58,414 nucleotides of DNA from an uncultured Methanosarcinales archaeon. GTDB taxonomy: Archaea > Nanobdellota > Nanobdellia > Woesearchaeales > UBA583. The stretch lies in contig CAZLRR010000002.1 in assembly GCA_964562045.1 (NCBI GenBank), positions 1 to 58,414 on the forward strand, written 5' to 3'. Shown here one piece after another: positions 48,970-57,912 of this stretch. Each line of letters starts with the position of its first letter. Within the stretch, counting starts at the first letter, position 1. The translations under genes and the position numbers were made by a program. The notes under the pieces were generated by a model that saw nothing but the letters and a program-made list of their open reading frames with translations, was not told where the DNA came from and did not search any database.

Positions 48970-50820
48970 ATGGCAAAAGAAAAAGTATTAGGAATTGATT
49001 TAGGGACAACTAATAGTTGTATGTCTATTATTGAGAATGGAAAAGCGGTTGTTATTCCAAATTCTGAGGGTGGAAGAACAACCCCTTCTGTTGTGCACAT
49101 CACATCGAGTGGTGAGAGAATTGTTGGAGAGCCAGCAAAAAAACAAGCTATTGTTAAACCAAAAGAGACTGTTTCTTCAATTAAAACTCATATGGGTGAA
49201 GATTACAAGACAAATATTCACGGCAAAGATTACACTCCGCAGGAAATTTCTGCTATGACTTTAGCAAAACTAAAAAAAGATGCAGAAGCCTATGCAGGAA
49301 CAAAAATTAATAAGGCAGTAATTACAGTTCCTGCTTATTTTAGTGATGCACAAAGGCAGGCTACAAAAGATGCAGGAAAAATTGCAGGTTTTGACGTTGA
49401 GAGAATCATTAACGAGCCAACAGCAGCTGCACTTGCTTACGGAATGGATAAAGCAGATGCTCATAACGTTTTAGTTTTCGACTTTGGTGGTGGAACTTTT
49501 GATGTTTCAGTTTTAGAACTTGATGATGGAGTTTTCGAGGTAAAAGCAACAGCAGGAGACAATCATTTAGGTGGAGATAATATTGATAAAATCCTTGTTG
49601 ATTATATTGCTGATGAATTCAAAAAAGAACATGGAATTGATTTAAGAGAAGACCCTCAGTCAGCTCAAAGAATCAAAACTGCGGCAGAAAAAGCAAAAAT
49701 TGAATTATCCTCAAAATTAGAAACTGAAATTTCTGAGCCTTTTATTACTGCGGATGCAAGTGGTCCTAAACACCTTGAGATGAAAATTACAAGATCTAAG
49801 TTTAATGATTTAATTTCTGGAATTTTGGATAAACTAAAAAAACCAACAGAACAGGCGATTAAAGACTCCAAACTGAAAATTTCTGAAATCAATAAAGTTC
49901 TTTTAGTTGGAGGTTCAACAAGAATTCCTGCAGTTCAGGAACTTGTAAAATCTATCTCTGGAAAAGATGCAGACAAATCTGTAAATCCTGATGAGGCGGT
50001 TGCTTTAGGTGCTGCAATTCAGGCTGGAGTTTTAGCAGGAGAAGTTAAAGATGTATTGCTTTTAGATGTAACTCCTCTGTCTTTAGGAATTGAGACATTA
50101 GGTGGTGTGTTTACAAAAATGATTGATAAAAACACAACAATCCCAACTAAAAAGTCTCAAGTTTATTCAACTGCTGAAGATAATCAGAGTGCTGTAACTA
50201 TTAGAGTTGCTCAGGGAGAGAGGGCAATGTTTGCTGACAATAAATTGTTGGGTCAGTTTAATTTAGAAGGAATTCCGCCTGCGCCAAGAGGTGTTCCTCA
50301 GATTGAAGTTACATTTGACATTGATGCAAACGGTATTGTTAATGTAAAAGCAAAAGATTTAGGGACTGGAAAAGAGCAGGAGATAAAGATTGTTGCATCC
50401 TCAAATCTAACTGATGAAGATATTAAAAAGATGCAAGAAGAAGCAGAAAAACATGCTGAAGAAGATAACAAGAGAAAAGAAGAAATCGAAACAGTAAATA
50501 GGGCGGAAAATCTTGTATACCAAACTAAGAAAACACTTGATGAGAATAAAGATAAAGTTGACCAGAAACAAGTGTCTCCTTTAATGGAGCAAGTAAAAGA
50601 ACTTGAAGAACTTCTAAAAGCCGAAAAAAGAGATATTGAAAAAATCAAAGCAAAAGAAGAAGAAATCACTAAAAAAGCTCAGGAAATGTATAGTGCAATG
50701 TATCAACAAGCTGGGGCTCAAACAGGCGCTGAGGGTCCAAAAGAAGATAAAAAGGAAGATGATGTAGTCGATACGGAAGCTACAGAAAAAGATAAGAAAG
50801 AAGATAAAAAGAAGAAATAA
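48970..50820 (+). CDS. dnaK: Molecular chaperone DnaK (Hsp70)
   Basis: It has [15 protein letters not shown] and [11 protein letters not shown], and a Lys/Glu-rich C-terminal tail. Confidence 0.97.
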   Translation: MAKEKVLGIDLGTTNSCMSIIENGKAVVIPNSEGGRTTPSVVHITSSGERIVGEPAKKQAIVKPKETVSSIKTHMGEDYKTNIHGKDYTPQEISAMTLAKLKKDAEAYAGTKINKAVITVPAYFSDAQRQATKDAGKIAGFDVERIINEPTAAALAYGMDKADAHNVLVFDFGGGTFDVSVLELDDGVFEVKATAGDNHLGGDNIDKILVDYIADEFKKEHGIDLREDPQSAQRIKTAAEKAKIELSSKLETEISEPFITADASGPKHLEMKITRSKFNDLISGILDKLKKPTEQAIKDSKLKISEINKVLLVGGSTRIPAVQELVKSISGKDADKSVNPDEAVALGAAIQAGVLAGEVKDVLLLDVTPLSLGIETLGGVFTKMIDKNTTIPTKKSQVYSTAEDNQSAVTIRVAQGERAMFADNKLLGQFNLEGIPPAPRGVPQIEVTFDIDANGIVNVKAKDLGTGKEQEIKIVASSNLTDEDIKKMQEEAEKHAEEDNKRKEEIETVNRAENLVYQTKKTLDENKDKVDQKQVSPLMEQVKELEELLKAEKRDIEKIKAKEEEITKKAQEMYSAMYQQAGAQTGAEGPKEDKKEDDVVDTEATEKDKKEDKKKK

Positions 50821-50874
50821 TTAAAAAATAGGCATTAAGGATCTTTTTTCTTTTTTCTAACTCTATTTGCTTCC

Positions 50875-51276
50875 TTATTTTTTAAAATAAGCAGCAGCTT
50901 CTTCATATTGTCTTTTTTTGTCGATTTTAGATGGAAAAATTATTTTACCTTTGGGAGTTATAGATTTTTGAAATGAAAAAAATAATTTTACATCATAACT
51001 TTGGGGATGAAGATTTAAACCATTATATAATAAACCTCTACTAGAATAAAACCATCTGTTTGGATTTTGAGTTAAACAAATACCTTTTTGAGTTTCGAAA
51101 TCTCGATTCTCGGGTTTTTGGTTTACAATTAAATGTCCATATGTTTCTAGATATGAAACTAATTGGAAAATATTTTGTGGCTGATATGTAGTAAAATCGA
51201 AGGAAGTTAGTATTCCAAAATCTTTTTGTACTTTACGAAGTGTGGGTTCAAGACCACAAAGAGGAAATTTTGTCAT
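50875..51276 (-). CDS. Hypothetical protein
   Basis: A 133-aa ORF with an ATG start. I recognised no motif. Confidence 0.45.
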   Translation of the reverse strand: MTKFPLCGLEPTLRKVQKDFGILTSFDFTTYQPQNIFQLVSYLETYGHLIVNQKPENRDFETQKGICLTQNPNRWFYSSRGLLYNGLNLHPQSYDVKLFFSFQKSITPKGKIIFPSKIDKKRQYEEAAAYFKK

Positions 51277-51402
51277 TAATATTATTGTATTTGCGGATTT
51301 ATAAAAGAAATTGCGAAATTTTCGTCAGTTTGCTTAATTTAGGAAGAGGAATATAACAAAACTGATTTTCAAAAACAGAAATTTTAAGATAGTTTTAATT
51401 AG

Positions 51403-51480
51403 TTTGAGGCATTTGATTTTTAAGTGCAACTTGTGTGCATAAAACAAATAACGAAGAAATAGTTAAAAATAGCTAAAATT
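51403..51480 (-). repeat. R2 post-stop-codon element, copy 3 (after tfs, minus strand)
   Basis: On the minus strand, tatttcttcgtt is at 51450-51461 and aatcaaatgcct is at 51407-51418. It begins right after the tfs stop at 51481-51483. Confidence 0.75.
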
Positions 51481-51801
51481 TTATTTATAGTCTCTCCATT
51501 GGTGTTTACATTTAACACATTTGAAAAATTGAGTTTCTGGTTCATCTGCTGCTCTTGTTTGTTGTGACCAGAAATATGCTTTTGGATTACCACATTTTGG
51601 ACATTCAACATCAGTAATTGGATGAATCTCTGCTGAGGAATCATCCTTGTCAACAACTTCAATTTCTTCTTTTTTTTTGATTTTCTCGCTTAAATTAATT
51701 GTTGATTTTGCTTTGTTTTCGTGTCCACAACTTGGACAGTTTACAGCTTCTCCTTTTTTTCCAATAATTATTGCTCCACATTTATTACAAAAATCTACCA
51801 T
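51481..51801 (-). CDS. tfs: Transcription factor S (TFS / RpoM-like)
   Basis: The N-terminal Zn ribbon is FCNKCG...CPSCG. The C-terminal Zn ribbon is CPKCG...CVKCKHQW, with the acidic loop TRAADEPET. I placed the start at ATG 51801. Confidence 0.85.
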   Translation of the reverse strand: MVDFCNKCGAIIIGKKGEAVNCPSCGHENKAKSTINLSEKIKKKEEIEVVDKDDSSAEIHPITDVECPKCGNPKAYFWSQQTRAADEPETQFFKCVKCKHQWRDYK

Positions 51802-51879
51802 ATTAGTATTTAGAACGTTCAACTTAAAAAGGTTTGTTTTTTAGGGCTCTGTCCGGAATATAAAACAAACCTATTTTTA

Positions 51880-52030
51880 GAAAATTGATTTCCCCAAACC
51901 TCTCCAAAAACTTTGTTTTTGCAGCCAATGTTACATTTAAAAACCTAAATTTCTTATTGTTAAAATAATTAATTCTGTCAAAACTTTCATCCACGCGCCG
52001 AGGTTTCTTTGATTAAATGAAGAAATTTCT
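51880..52030 (+). repeat. R1 repeat, single-module fragment (apical region, right arm and tail)
   Basis: tccccaaacctctccaaaaactttgtttttgcagccaatgttacat plus the right arm and tail match module 2 of the copies at 56100-56230 and 58200-58320. The tail variant is shared with 9404-9440. Confidence 0.75.
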
Positions 52031-52051
52031 ATTTATGAAACTAACTTTTTT

Positions 52052-52459
52052 TTAATCAAGTTTCAATTTTTTTTCATATTCGCGAAGTTCGTTTTCTTCA
52101 TACTTTTTGCAGTTTTCTAGATGATAGAGTTTTTTATCTTCTAATCTCGGAATTATATGAAAGTGTAAATGATTTACTTCTTGCCCAGAGATTTTCAAAT
52201 TATTTTGTGCAATATTTATTCCACAATTTAAAGTTTTATTATAGTGTTTTGCGATTTTTTGAACAAGAGAAATTAGTTCTTGGAGTTCGTTTTCTGGCAT
52301 TTCAAAAATATTTTCGTAAGGTTTTTTTGGGATTACTAGCGTATGTCCTTTTTCAAATGGTCTTATATCTAAAAATGCAAGATGTTTTTCATCTTCATAA
52401 ATTATTGATGCCGGAATTTCTTTATTAATTATTTTTGTAAAAATTGTTGTGTCGTCCAT
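52052..52459 (-). CDS. HIT-family nucleotide hydrolase/transferase
   Basis: It has the histidine triad HLHFHIIP. Confidence 0.85.
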   Translation of the reverse strand: MDDTTIFTKIINKEIPASIIYEDEKHLAFLDIRPFEKGHTLVIPKKPYENIFEMPENELQELISLVQKIAKHYNKTLNCGINIAQNNLKISGQEVNHLHFHIIPRLEDKKLYHLENCKKYEENELREYEKKLKLD

Positions 52460-52477
52460 AAATAAAGTTGAAATTTT

Positions 52478-52729
52478 TTATTTATAAATTATTCGCTGTA
52501 TGAAAAGTATTGTCCAGAGCAGACCACTTAAGTATGCGACAATGGGTGAGAGGATTAGGTTTAAACTTAAAAATGCGGTGCCCATTGCAAAAAGTCCGAT
52601 TGCTGTAAGGGCCGAAGTAAAGAGAGTTATCGATATTTTTTTATGTTTAAAACCATATAAAACTTGGTTTGCAAGTGAAACCATAAATAATACATTTGCG
52701 AGCGTAATTATAACATCTTGCCAGAGCAT
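52478..52729 (-). CDS. Small membrane protein (three TM helices)
   Basis: An 83-aa hydrophobic ORF with an ATG start. The overlapping plus-strand ORF 52500..52799 is less protein-like. Confidence 0.45.
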   Translation of the reverse strand: MLWQDVIITLANVLFMVSLANQVLYGFKHKKISITLFTSALTAIGLFAMGTAFLSLNLILSPIVAYLSGLLWTILFIQRIIYK

Positions 52730-52808
52730 AAACTATTTGTCCTTTATTTATTTAAAAAACTATGTGGTTTCTAAAACCACCTTGTTTAGAAATTTTTAAT
52801 TTCTCTTA

Positions 52809-53330
52809 CTATGTGGTCAAGAAGTTCTCAATGATTTTTTCGCATTTAACTTCGGGGTGAAAAAGGCAAGCATAAATATTTTCTTTTTTAATTAGAACAG
52901 GAATCTGAGTTTCAGTTATTTTTTCGAATTTTTCAGGCAGTTCAAAAGCAAAATTATGCATTAAATAAACGTCTTTTTGTGAGAAGTTTTTAAGTATTTT
53001 ATCTTCTTTTAGTATTTCAATATTTTTCATTCCGATTTCTTGAAAATTTGTAATTTTTGCTCCGAAATATTTTGCAATAATTTGAGCCCCACCACAGATT
53101 CCTAGAATTTTTGTTTTTGATTCAAAAATTGGTTTGAAAAGTTCAATGCTTTCTAAATATTTATTATCTTTTAGAGCAGTCCCACAAATGATAACATGAG
53201 AAAATTTGTCTAAATCTTTTAGTTTTGTATAATGTTTAACTTCATAATTTTCTTTAACTATTTGCTCTATTGGTTTTACAAATTCCTTGGTTAGTAATTC
53301 ATTACATGTAATATTAATTATTAAAATCAT
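52809..53330 (-). CDS. Class I glutamine amidotransferase
   Basis: The nucleophile elbow is ILGICGGAQII and the catalytic pair is FHPE. It is 173 aa and overlaps the upstream PP-loop gene by ATGA. Confidence 0.6.
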   Translation of the reverse strand: MILIINITCNELLTKEFVKPIEQIVKENYEVKHYTKLKDLDKFSHVIICGTALKDNKYLESIELFKPIFESKTKILGICGGAQIIAKYFGAKITNFQEIGMKNIEILKEDKILKNFSQKDVYLMHNFAFELPEKFEKITETQIPVLIKKENIYACLFHPEVKCEKIIENFLTT

Positions 53331-54007
53331 TTCTCAACTAATTTGACTCTTTCAAATATCAAATCTCCACAATTTTCGCTTTCCATTTTTATGCTAGTTT
53401 CGATTTCAATTTTTTTCTTAAAACAAGGAGAATCTAAGACAATACTTTCTGTCTCTCCTCCTTCTCCAACATAAGAGAGGGGCATTTTTTCATCTATTTT
53501 TTCTATGTCTTTTTTGTAATTTTCGTCAAGTTTTCTTCCGAGCCATTTTTTATCGAATGGGTATGATGCAATTTTCACAATTCGAATATCAAATTTATTT
53601 TTAATTAATTCGTCTAAATATTTTTTTTCATCTATTTGCCAAATAGGATTAAAGCACCAAATGTCTAATTCGTTACAAATTTTTTGAACTCTTGAGGCTT
53701 GATATGTTGATTTAATTGCTCCACTTACAACTCCGCTAATTTTATATTTTTCAATTGCAAGTTTTATTGCTTTTTTTAAATCTTTTAGTTCGTGTTCTTT
53801 TTCTCCTTTGGTTTCAAATTGGATTAATGGAATTTCGAGAGCTTCAGATTGATATTTTACTATGTCTGTTCCGGTTTTTTGAAACATGTAAGAATATTCG
53901 TTTTCGGATTTGAGATTAATAAGGCAAGAGATTTCATTTTCTTTGCTTGCAATCCATAAAGAATAATTCGAATCTTTTCCTCCAGAATAGAGAACTGCGA
54001 GTTTCAT
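53327..54007 (-). CDS. PP-loop ATP pyrophosphatase of the MJ0570 / diphthine-ammonia ligase (Dph6-like) type
   Basis: The N-terminus is MKLAVLYSGGKDS (SGGKDS PP-loop). It is 226 aa. Confidence 0.6.
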   Translation of the reverse strand: MKLAVLYSGGKDSNYSLWIASKENEISCLINLKSENEYSYMFQKTGTDIVKYQSEALEIPLIQFETKGEKEHELKDLKKAIKLAIEKYKISGVVSGAIKSTYQASRVQKICNELDIWCFNPIWQIDEKKYLDELIKNKFDIRIVKIASYPFDKKWLGRKLDENYKKDIEKIDEKMPLSYVGEGGETESIVLDSPCFKKKIEIETSIKMESENCGDLIFERVKLVEK

Positions 54008-54058
54008 AATTTATAATAAGTTGCGAAGTTTTATAAATTTAAAGAAAAAAAAATATGT

Positions 54059-54418
54059 ATGAATCCTTTGAAGAGCGTAGTTTTTTGGATTTTTGTGATT
54101 GTAATTGCATTTTTGGTATTTTTAAAAGTATTATTTTCTATAACTATTGGGGGAATAACTGATATTGATGCTGAGCAAGATCCAAAAATACCAATGGGGG
54201 AGGGCGAATTTTGCGAGAGTCCCCAATTTAGTTTAGAATGCCAACCAGGGCTTGTTTGCATATTGATTAAAGTTGATAAATCAGGAGAAATTGGAGTTTG
54301 TTTGCCACCAAATGCCACAGAAGGTACAGGATACATAGAAAGGTCAGAATATGAAAGACTAGGAAGTAATCCTCATTTAATTAATGATACAGAATTTAAA
54401 AGAGTAAGAAGTGAGTAA
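54059..54418 (+). CDS. Small secreted or membrane-anchored Cys-containing protein
   Basis: The ATG lies about 20 nt after the TATA agttttataaattt. It has an N-terminal TM helix and 4 Cys in the ectodomain. I preferred it over the antisense ORF 54031..54336. Confidence 0.45.
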   Translation: MNPLKSVVFWIFVIVIAFLVFLKVLFSITIGGITDIDAEQDPKIPMGEGEFCESPQFSLECQPGLVCILIKVDKSGEIGVCLPPNATEGTGYIERSEYERLGSNPHLINDTEFKRVRSE

Positions 54419-54421
54419 AAT

Positions 54422-54847
54422 TTACTCTTCTGCTTTTGGTGTTCCTTCAGCTGGTTCTTCTGCAGGAGCAAAAGCTTTTTCTACAACTGAATCACCTTTT
54501 AGGACTTTAAGATTTATTTGGTTTGTTTTATTGTGGATAGTATTTCCGGCAACTGTTTTTTTGATTTTTAAACCATCAAATCTTTTTCCTCTAAGTTTTC
54601 CTCTAAAACCTGTACTTTTCACAGTCAAGATTTTCTTTTTCTGTGTTCCTGGTAGGTCTCTTCTCATTGGAAAACCACTTGCATCAGATCCACCGGTAAT
54701 TAGAAGATTTGCGCCAGGAAACCCAATTGCATCTCCTGTGATTTCTTCCCCGAGTTTCCTTCCTTGCAAGGCCTCAGCTTCATTTGATTCTAGTTCTTTC
54801 TGGTAGCATTTACCAGATTTACAACCGATGACAATTTTAATAGCCAT
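54422..54847 (-). CDS. rps6e: 30S ribosomal protein S6e
   Basis: GFPMRRDLPG and the surrounding S6e pattern are present. It is 141 aa. Confidence 0.9.
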   Translation of the reverse strand: MAIKIVIGCKSGKCYQKELESNEAEALQGRKLGEEITGDAIGFPGANLLITGGSDASGFPMRRDLPGTQKKKILTVKSTGFRGKLRGKRFDGLKIKKTVAGNTIHNKTNQINLKVLKGDSVVEKAFAPAEEPAEGTPKAEE

Positions 54848-54975
54848 ATTTTAGTGAATAAATGTTGGTTTATAAATGCTTTGTATGTGATTACAAAGTC
54901 AAGAAAACAGATTCTTCTAAGCCATTTGCAGCGTAGTTACAAAGTTTTATAAGTTTATTATGTTCCGAAATATTA

Positions 54976-55839
54976 ATGTTTAATACTGCAACAATTTCAA
55001 TATTATCGGGAGTGCTTGCGATTTTTGCGATATCAATAGGTTTTAATATTTTTAATAAGGTGTATCAGGAAAACTATAAGAAACCTTGGTTTTTTATTGC
55101 TTTTGCGGCAGTTTTTTTAGGTTTGGGGCATTTACTTAGGTTTCTAACAGGTTTTGAGCTTTTATACGTTGGAACTGATTTTGTTACTGAATTGGTGATT
55201 AATATTTTAGATTTTTTGGCGTTGGTGATTTTTACTTATGCGCTTGTTTTGGAGTATTTAATTTTGCAATATTATAAAGGTAAATTTGTTAAGATGAAGT
55301 TTGTTCCAGTTCAAGAAGGAACTTTGGGGGGTGAGCTTGATATTAATGTTTCAGAAGGAAATTCGTATCTTGCATTGAAAAAGGACAGAAATTTTATGCT
55401 TGAGCAATTTGCAGAAGCTACGAAATCGGGTTTTGAAGGATTTTTGATTACAGAGACTTCTCCAAGAGAAATTAGAACAAGATATAAGCTTGAGAAAACT
55501 CCTGTTGCTTGGGTTAATGCTGTAAGTGATGAGACTAAAGGGGCTTCTTATATTAAAAATTCTTTGGATGAGAGTTCTGATATTGTGGATCCAATGAAGA
55601 TTAATAACATGATTACTTTCATTGATAATTTCTTAGAACAGGCGCAGGCACCTTTTATTATGCTTGAATTGGGGCAAATTTTGAAAAATAATAATCATAC
55701 AATTGTTTTTGAATTTTTGCGTTATTTAAATGAGAGAATTGTCAAATATAATGGAATTTTAATTTGTACTTTAAATGTTGACGTTTTAGATGAACCTGAA
55801 GTAGTTGAGTTAGAAGATATTTTGCGTAAGTTGGATTGA
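54976..55839 (+). CDS. Membrane protein with a C-terminal DUF835-like domain
   Basis: About 3 N-terminal TM helices are followed by ITETSPREIRTRYKLEKTPVAWV...PFIMLELGQIL...FEFLRYLNE, which resembles archaeal DUF835. Confidence 0.5.
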   Translation: MFNTATISILSGVLAIFAISIGFNIFNKVYQENYKKPWFFIAFAAVFLGLGHLLRFLTGFELLYVGTDFVTELVINILDFLALVIFTYALVLEYLILQYYKGKFVKMKFVPVQEGTLGGELDINVSEGNSYLALKKDRNFMLEQFAEATKSGFEGFLITETSPREIRTRYKLEKTPVAWVNAVSDETKGASYIKNSLDESSDIVDPMKINNMITFIDNFLEQAQAPFIMLELGQILKNNNHTIVFEFLRYLNERIVKYNGILICTLNVDVLDEPEVVELEDILRKLD

Positions 55840-55850
55840 TTATTCTTTTT

Positions 55851-56256
55851 GAATTTGAAAACATATCAATTTATAAGAAATAAAAATTTGGCATTTTTGT
55901 TATCTGAGTTTTTAAAAGATTAAGATTTTAATAGATTTTTGTCCCCAAACCTCCTCAAAAATTTCATTTTTGCTAGCCAAGAATAGAATTAAACTCCTAA
56001 TCTTTGAGAGGTTATAAAAGAAATTCTTGCCAACTTTTAAGTTTCCTTTCACCTCTCCCTAAAGTTTTGATATTTTTGTTATATTATATAGTAAAAATTT
56101 GGGTTTAATTGACTTTCCCCAAGCCTCCCTCTCGCTTTGCTAGGCAGCCAATGTTACATCTAAAAACCCAAATTTCTTATTGTTAAAAAGTTAATTCTGT
56201 CAAAACTTTCAGCTCACGCACTCAAGGTCTTAAATCTAAGAGATAAATTCAAATTC
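55851..56256 (+). repeat. R1 nested-hairpin repeat, copy b (two complete modules)
   Basis: It is collinear with 57942-58345. The short termini gaatttgaa / ttcaaattc are inverted. Confidence 0.85.
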
Positions 56257-56263
56257 TAAAACA

Positions 56264-56551
56264 TCAATACCCTTTAATAACTTTAACATTATCTAAATCA
56301 ACATCTGTTGAATCCCAAACTAATTCATTCCCTTTCAAAATTTTTCGGATTCTAATATAGGGAACTAGATGTTTTTTTCCTTCAAAGTCCCAGATTTTAC
56401 ACGAAAGGGGGCTTGATTTTACTTCTAGTTTTTCGATTTTTATTTTAATTTCTTTGTTTTCTCTATTTAGAAAAATTACAAAATGTTTTTTTAATTCTGC
56501 ATCAGATTTTAGGGCATACATAAACATGTGTGTATTATAAACTTCTACCAT
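56264..56551 (-). CDS. Small protein resembling the DUF504 / MJ1316 RNA-end-recognition domain
   Basis: LVPYIRIRKILKGNELVWD resembles the conserved P-x-HRI-x-x-I...W core as I recall it. It starts 2 nt after the dnaJ stop. Confidence 0.35.
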   Translation of the reverse strand: MVEVYNTHMFMYALKSDAELKKHFVIFLNRENKEIKIKIEKLEVKSSPLSCKIWDFEGKKHLVPYIRIRKILKGNELVWDSTDVDLDNVKVIKGY

Positions 56552-56553
56552 TT

Positions 56554-57693
56554 TTAACTAAAAAAACCTTTAATTCTTGAAAAGAAATTTTTATCTTTCA
56601 AAGTTTTAGCATAATCTCCTAAAATTTTCTTTTGTTCTTTTGTAATTTTTGTTGGAATTTCAACATTAACTTTAACATACAAATCTCCATAGCTATTATA
56701 GTTTAAGTATGGCATTCCTTTATTTTTCAAACGTAGAACTGTTCCGGGCTGAGTTCCTGCAGGAATTTTCAAGAGCAAATCTTTTTCAAAATGTTCAATT
56801 TCTACTTCATCTCCAACAATTGCTTGGATAAAATTAACATCTAAAGTCATATACAAATCTTCTCCTTCAACATTGAAAATTTTATTTTCATTAACGAAGA
56901 TTTTCACATATAAATCTCCGTAAGTTTCGCTTTGTGGGTCATAACTTCCTTTGCCCTGAATTCTGAGCATTGTTCCTGAAGAGACACCTTTTGGAATTTT
57001 TATAGTTACTTTTTCTTTCTTTTTTATTGTCCCGCTTCCATTACATTTTTCACAGGGATTTTTAATAGTTGAACCTTCTCCATGACATTTTGGACAAACT
57101 TTTTGGGTTCTCATCATACCAAGAATAGTTCTTTGAGTCTGGACTACAAATCCTTGCCCGCCACATTCATCACATGTTTGAACATCTTTTTTATTTTTTG
57201 TTCCAAGGCTGCGACATTCATCACATATGTCGTCTCTGGAAATTGAGATTTCTTTTTCAGTTCCGAAATATACTTCTTTTAAATCAATTTCTGTTTCTGC
57301 ATAAACTCTGGTGTCAGCTCTTCTTTGAGTTCTGGAATGACCTCTTCCGCCTCCTCCAAAGCCACTAAAACCTCCAAAACCGAACTGTTCAAATATGTCG
57401 TCAATATTAATTCCGAAATCTTCTGGGTTGAATCCTCCTCCCCCGAATCCTCCAAATCCTTGAGGTCCATCTGCTGTTCCGTATGTGTCATATTGTTGTC
57501 GTTTTTGGTCGTCGAGTAAAACTCCTGCAGCTTCATTTATTTCTTTAAATTTTATCTCGGCGTCTGTTTCTTGTGAGATGTCAGGATGATATTTTTTTGC
57601 GAGTTTTTTATATGCTTTTTTAATATCTTCTTTCGAAGAATCTTTACTTACTTCTAATATTTTGTAATAATCTTTGCTTGCCATTTTTAACAT
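56554..57693 (-). CDS. dnaJ: Molecular chaperone DnaJ (type I Hsp40)
   Basis: It has a J domain with HPD, a G/F-rich linker, and four CxxCxGxG repeats (CDECRSLG, CDECGGQG, CPKCHGEG, CEKCNGSG). An alternative start is at 57684 (MASKDYY). Confidence 0.95.
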   Translation of the reverse strand: MLKMASKDYYKILEVSKDSSKEDIKKAYKKLAKKYHPDISQETDAEIKFKEINEAAGVLLDDQKRQQYDTYGTADGPQGFGGFGGGGFNPEDFGINIDDIFEQFGFGGFSGFGGGGRGHSRTQRRADTRVYAETEIDLKEVYFGTEKEISISRDDICDECRSLGTKNKKDVQTCDECGGQGFVVQTQRTILGMMRTQKVCPKCHGEGSTIKNPCEKCNGSGTIKKKEKVTIKIPKGVSSGTMLRIQGKGSYDPQSETYGDLYVKIFVNENKIFNVEGEDLYMTLDVNFIQAIVGDEVEIEHFEKDLLLKIPAGTQPGTVLRLKNKGMPYLNYNSYGDLYVKVNVEIPTKITKEQKKILGDYAKTLKDKNFFSRIKGFFS

Positions 57694-57807
57694 TTAATAT
57701 TTATTCTTTGAAATAAGACCACAGAAAAAATAGATTTTTTTTCTTCTGTCTTCTTTAGAAGCGCCTTTTTCAACTCCTAGAATTTCATAATAATCTTTTT
57801 TTGCCAT
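57694..57807 (-). pseudogene. Duplicated dnaJ 5' fragment: a 37-codon ORF encoding the first 20 aa of a J domain followed by unrelated sequence
   Basis: It translates to MAKKDYYEILGVEKGASKED-RRKKIYFFCGLISKNKY. Its TAA stop abuts the dnaJ ATG at 57691-57693. A TATA-like tttataaat lies about 40 nt upstream. Confidence 0.6.
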
Positions 57808-57912
57808 TTTTTAGGTTTAATCTATAAATGGTTAAGTATATTTTATTTATAAAGTTTTTCTCAAAAGAGGATTTTTGATTTATTTTTTAGGTTTTGTTAT
57901 ATTTTTTTAAGG

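Noticed and set aside
51420-51662. ORF 51420..51662 (-) and other alternative-frame or antisense ORFs inside strong genes. Examples are 1983..2228, 2511..2861, 5193..5384, 6561..6800, 8125..8466, 10162..10428, 19131..19544, 34050..34379, 37627..37878, 50298..50669 and 57279..57536.
   Set aside because: Each lies wholly within, or antisense to, a gene with strong family motifs. Their compositions are low-complexity or Leu/Phe/Ser-rich, as expected from translating AT-rich DNA in the wrong frame.
54031-54806. ORF-track entries 54031..54336 (-) and 54411..54806 (+).
   Set aside because: The first is antisense to a better-supported plus-strand ORF that has a correctly spaced TATA box. The second is antisense to the clearly recognisable S6e gene and has a low-complexity Ser/Pro/Phe composition.
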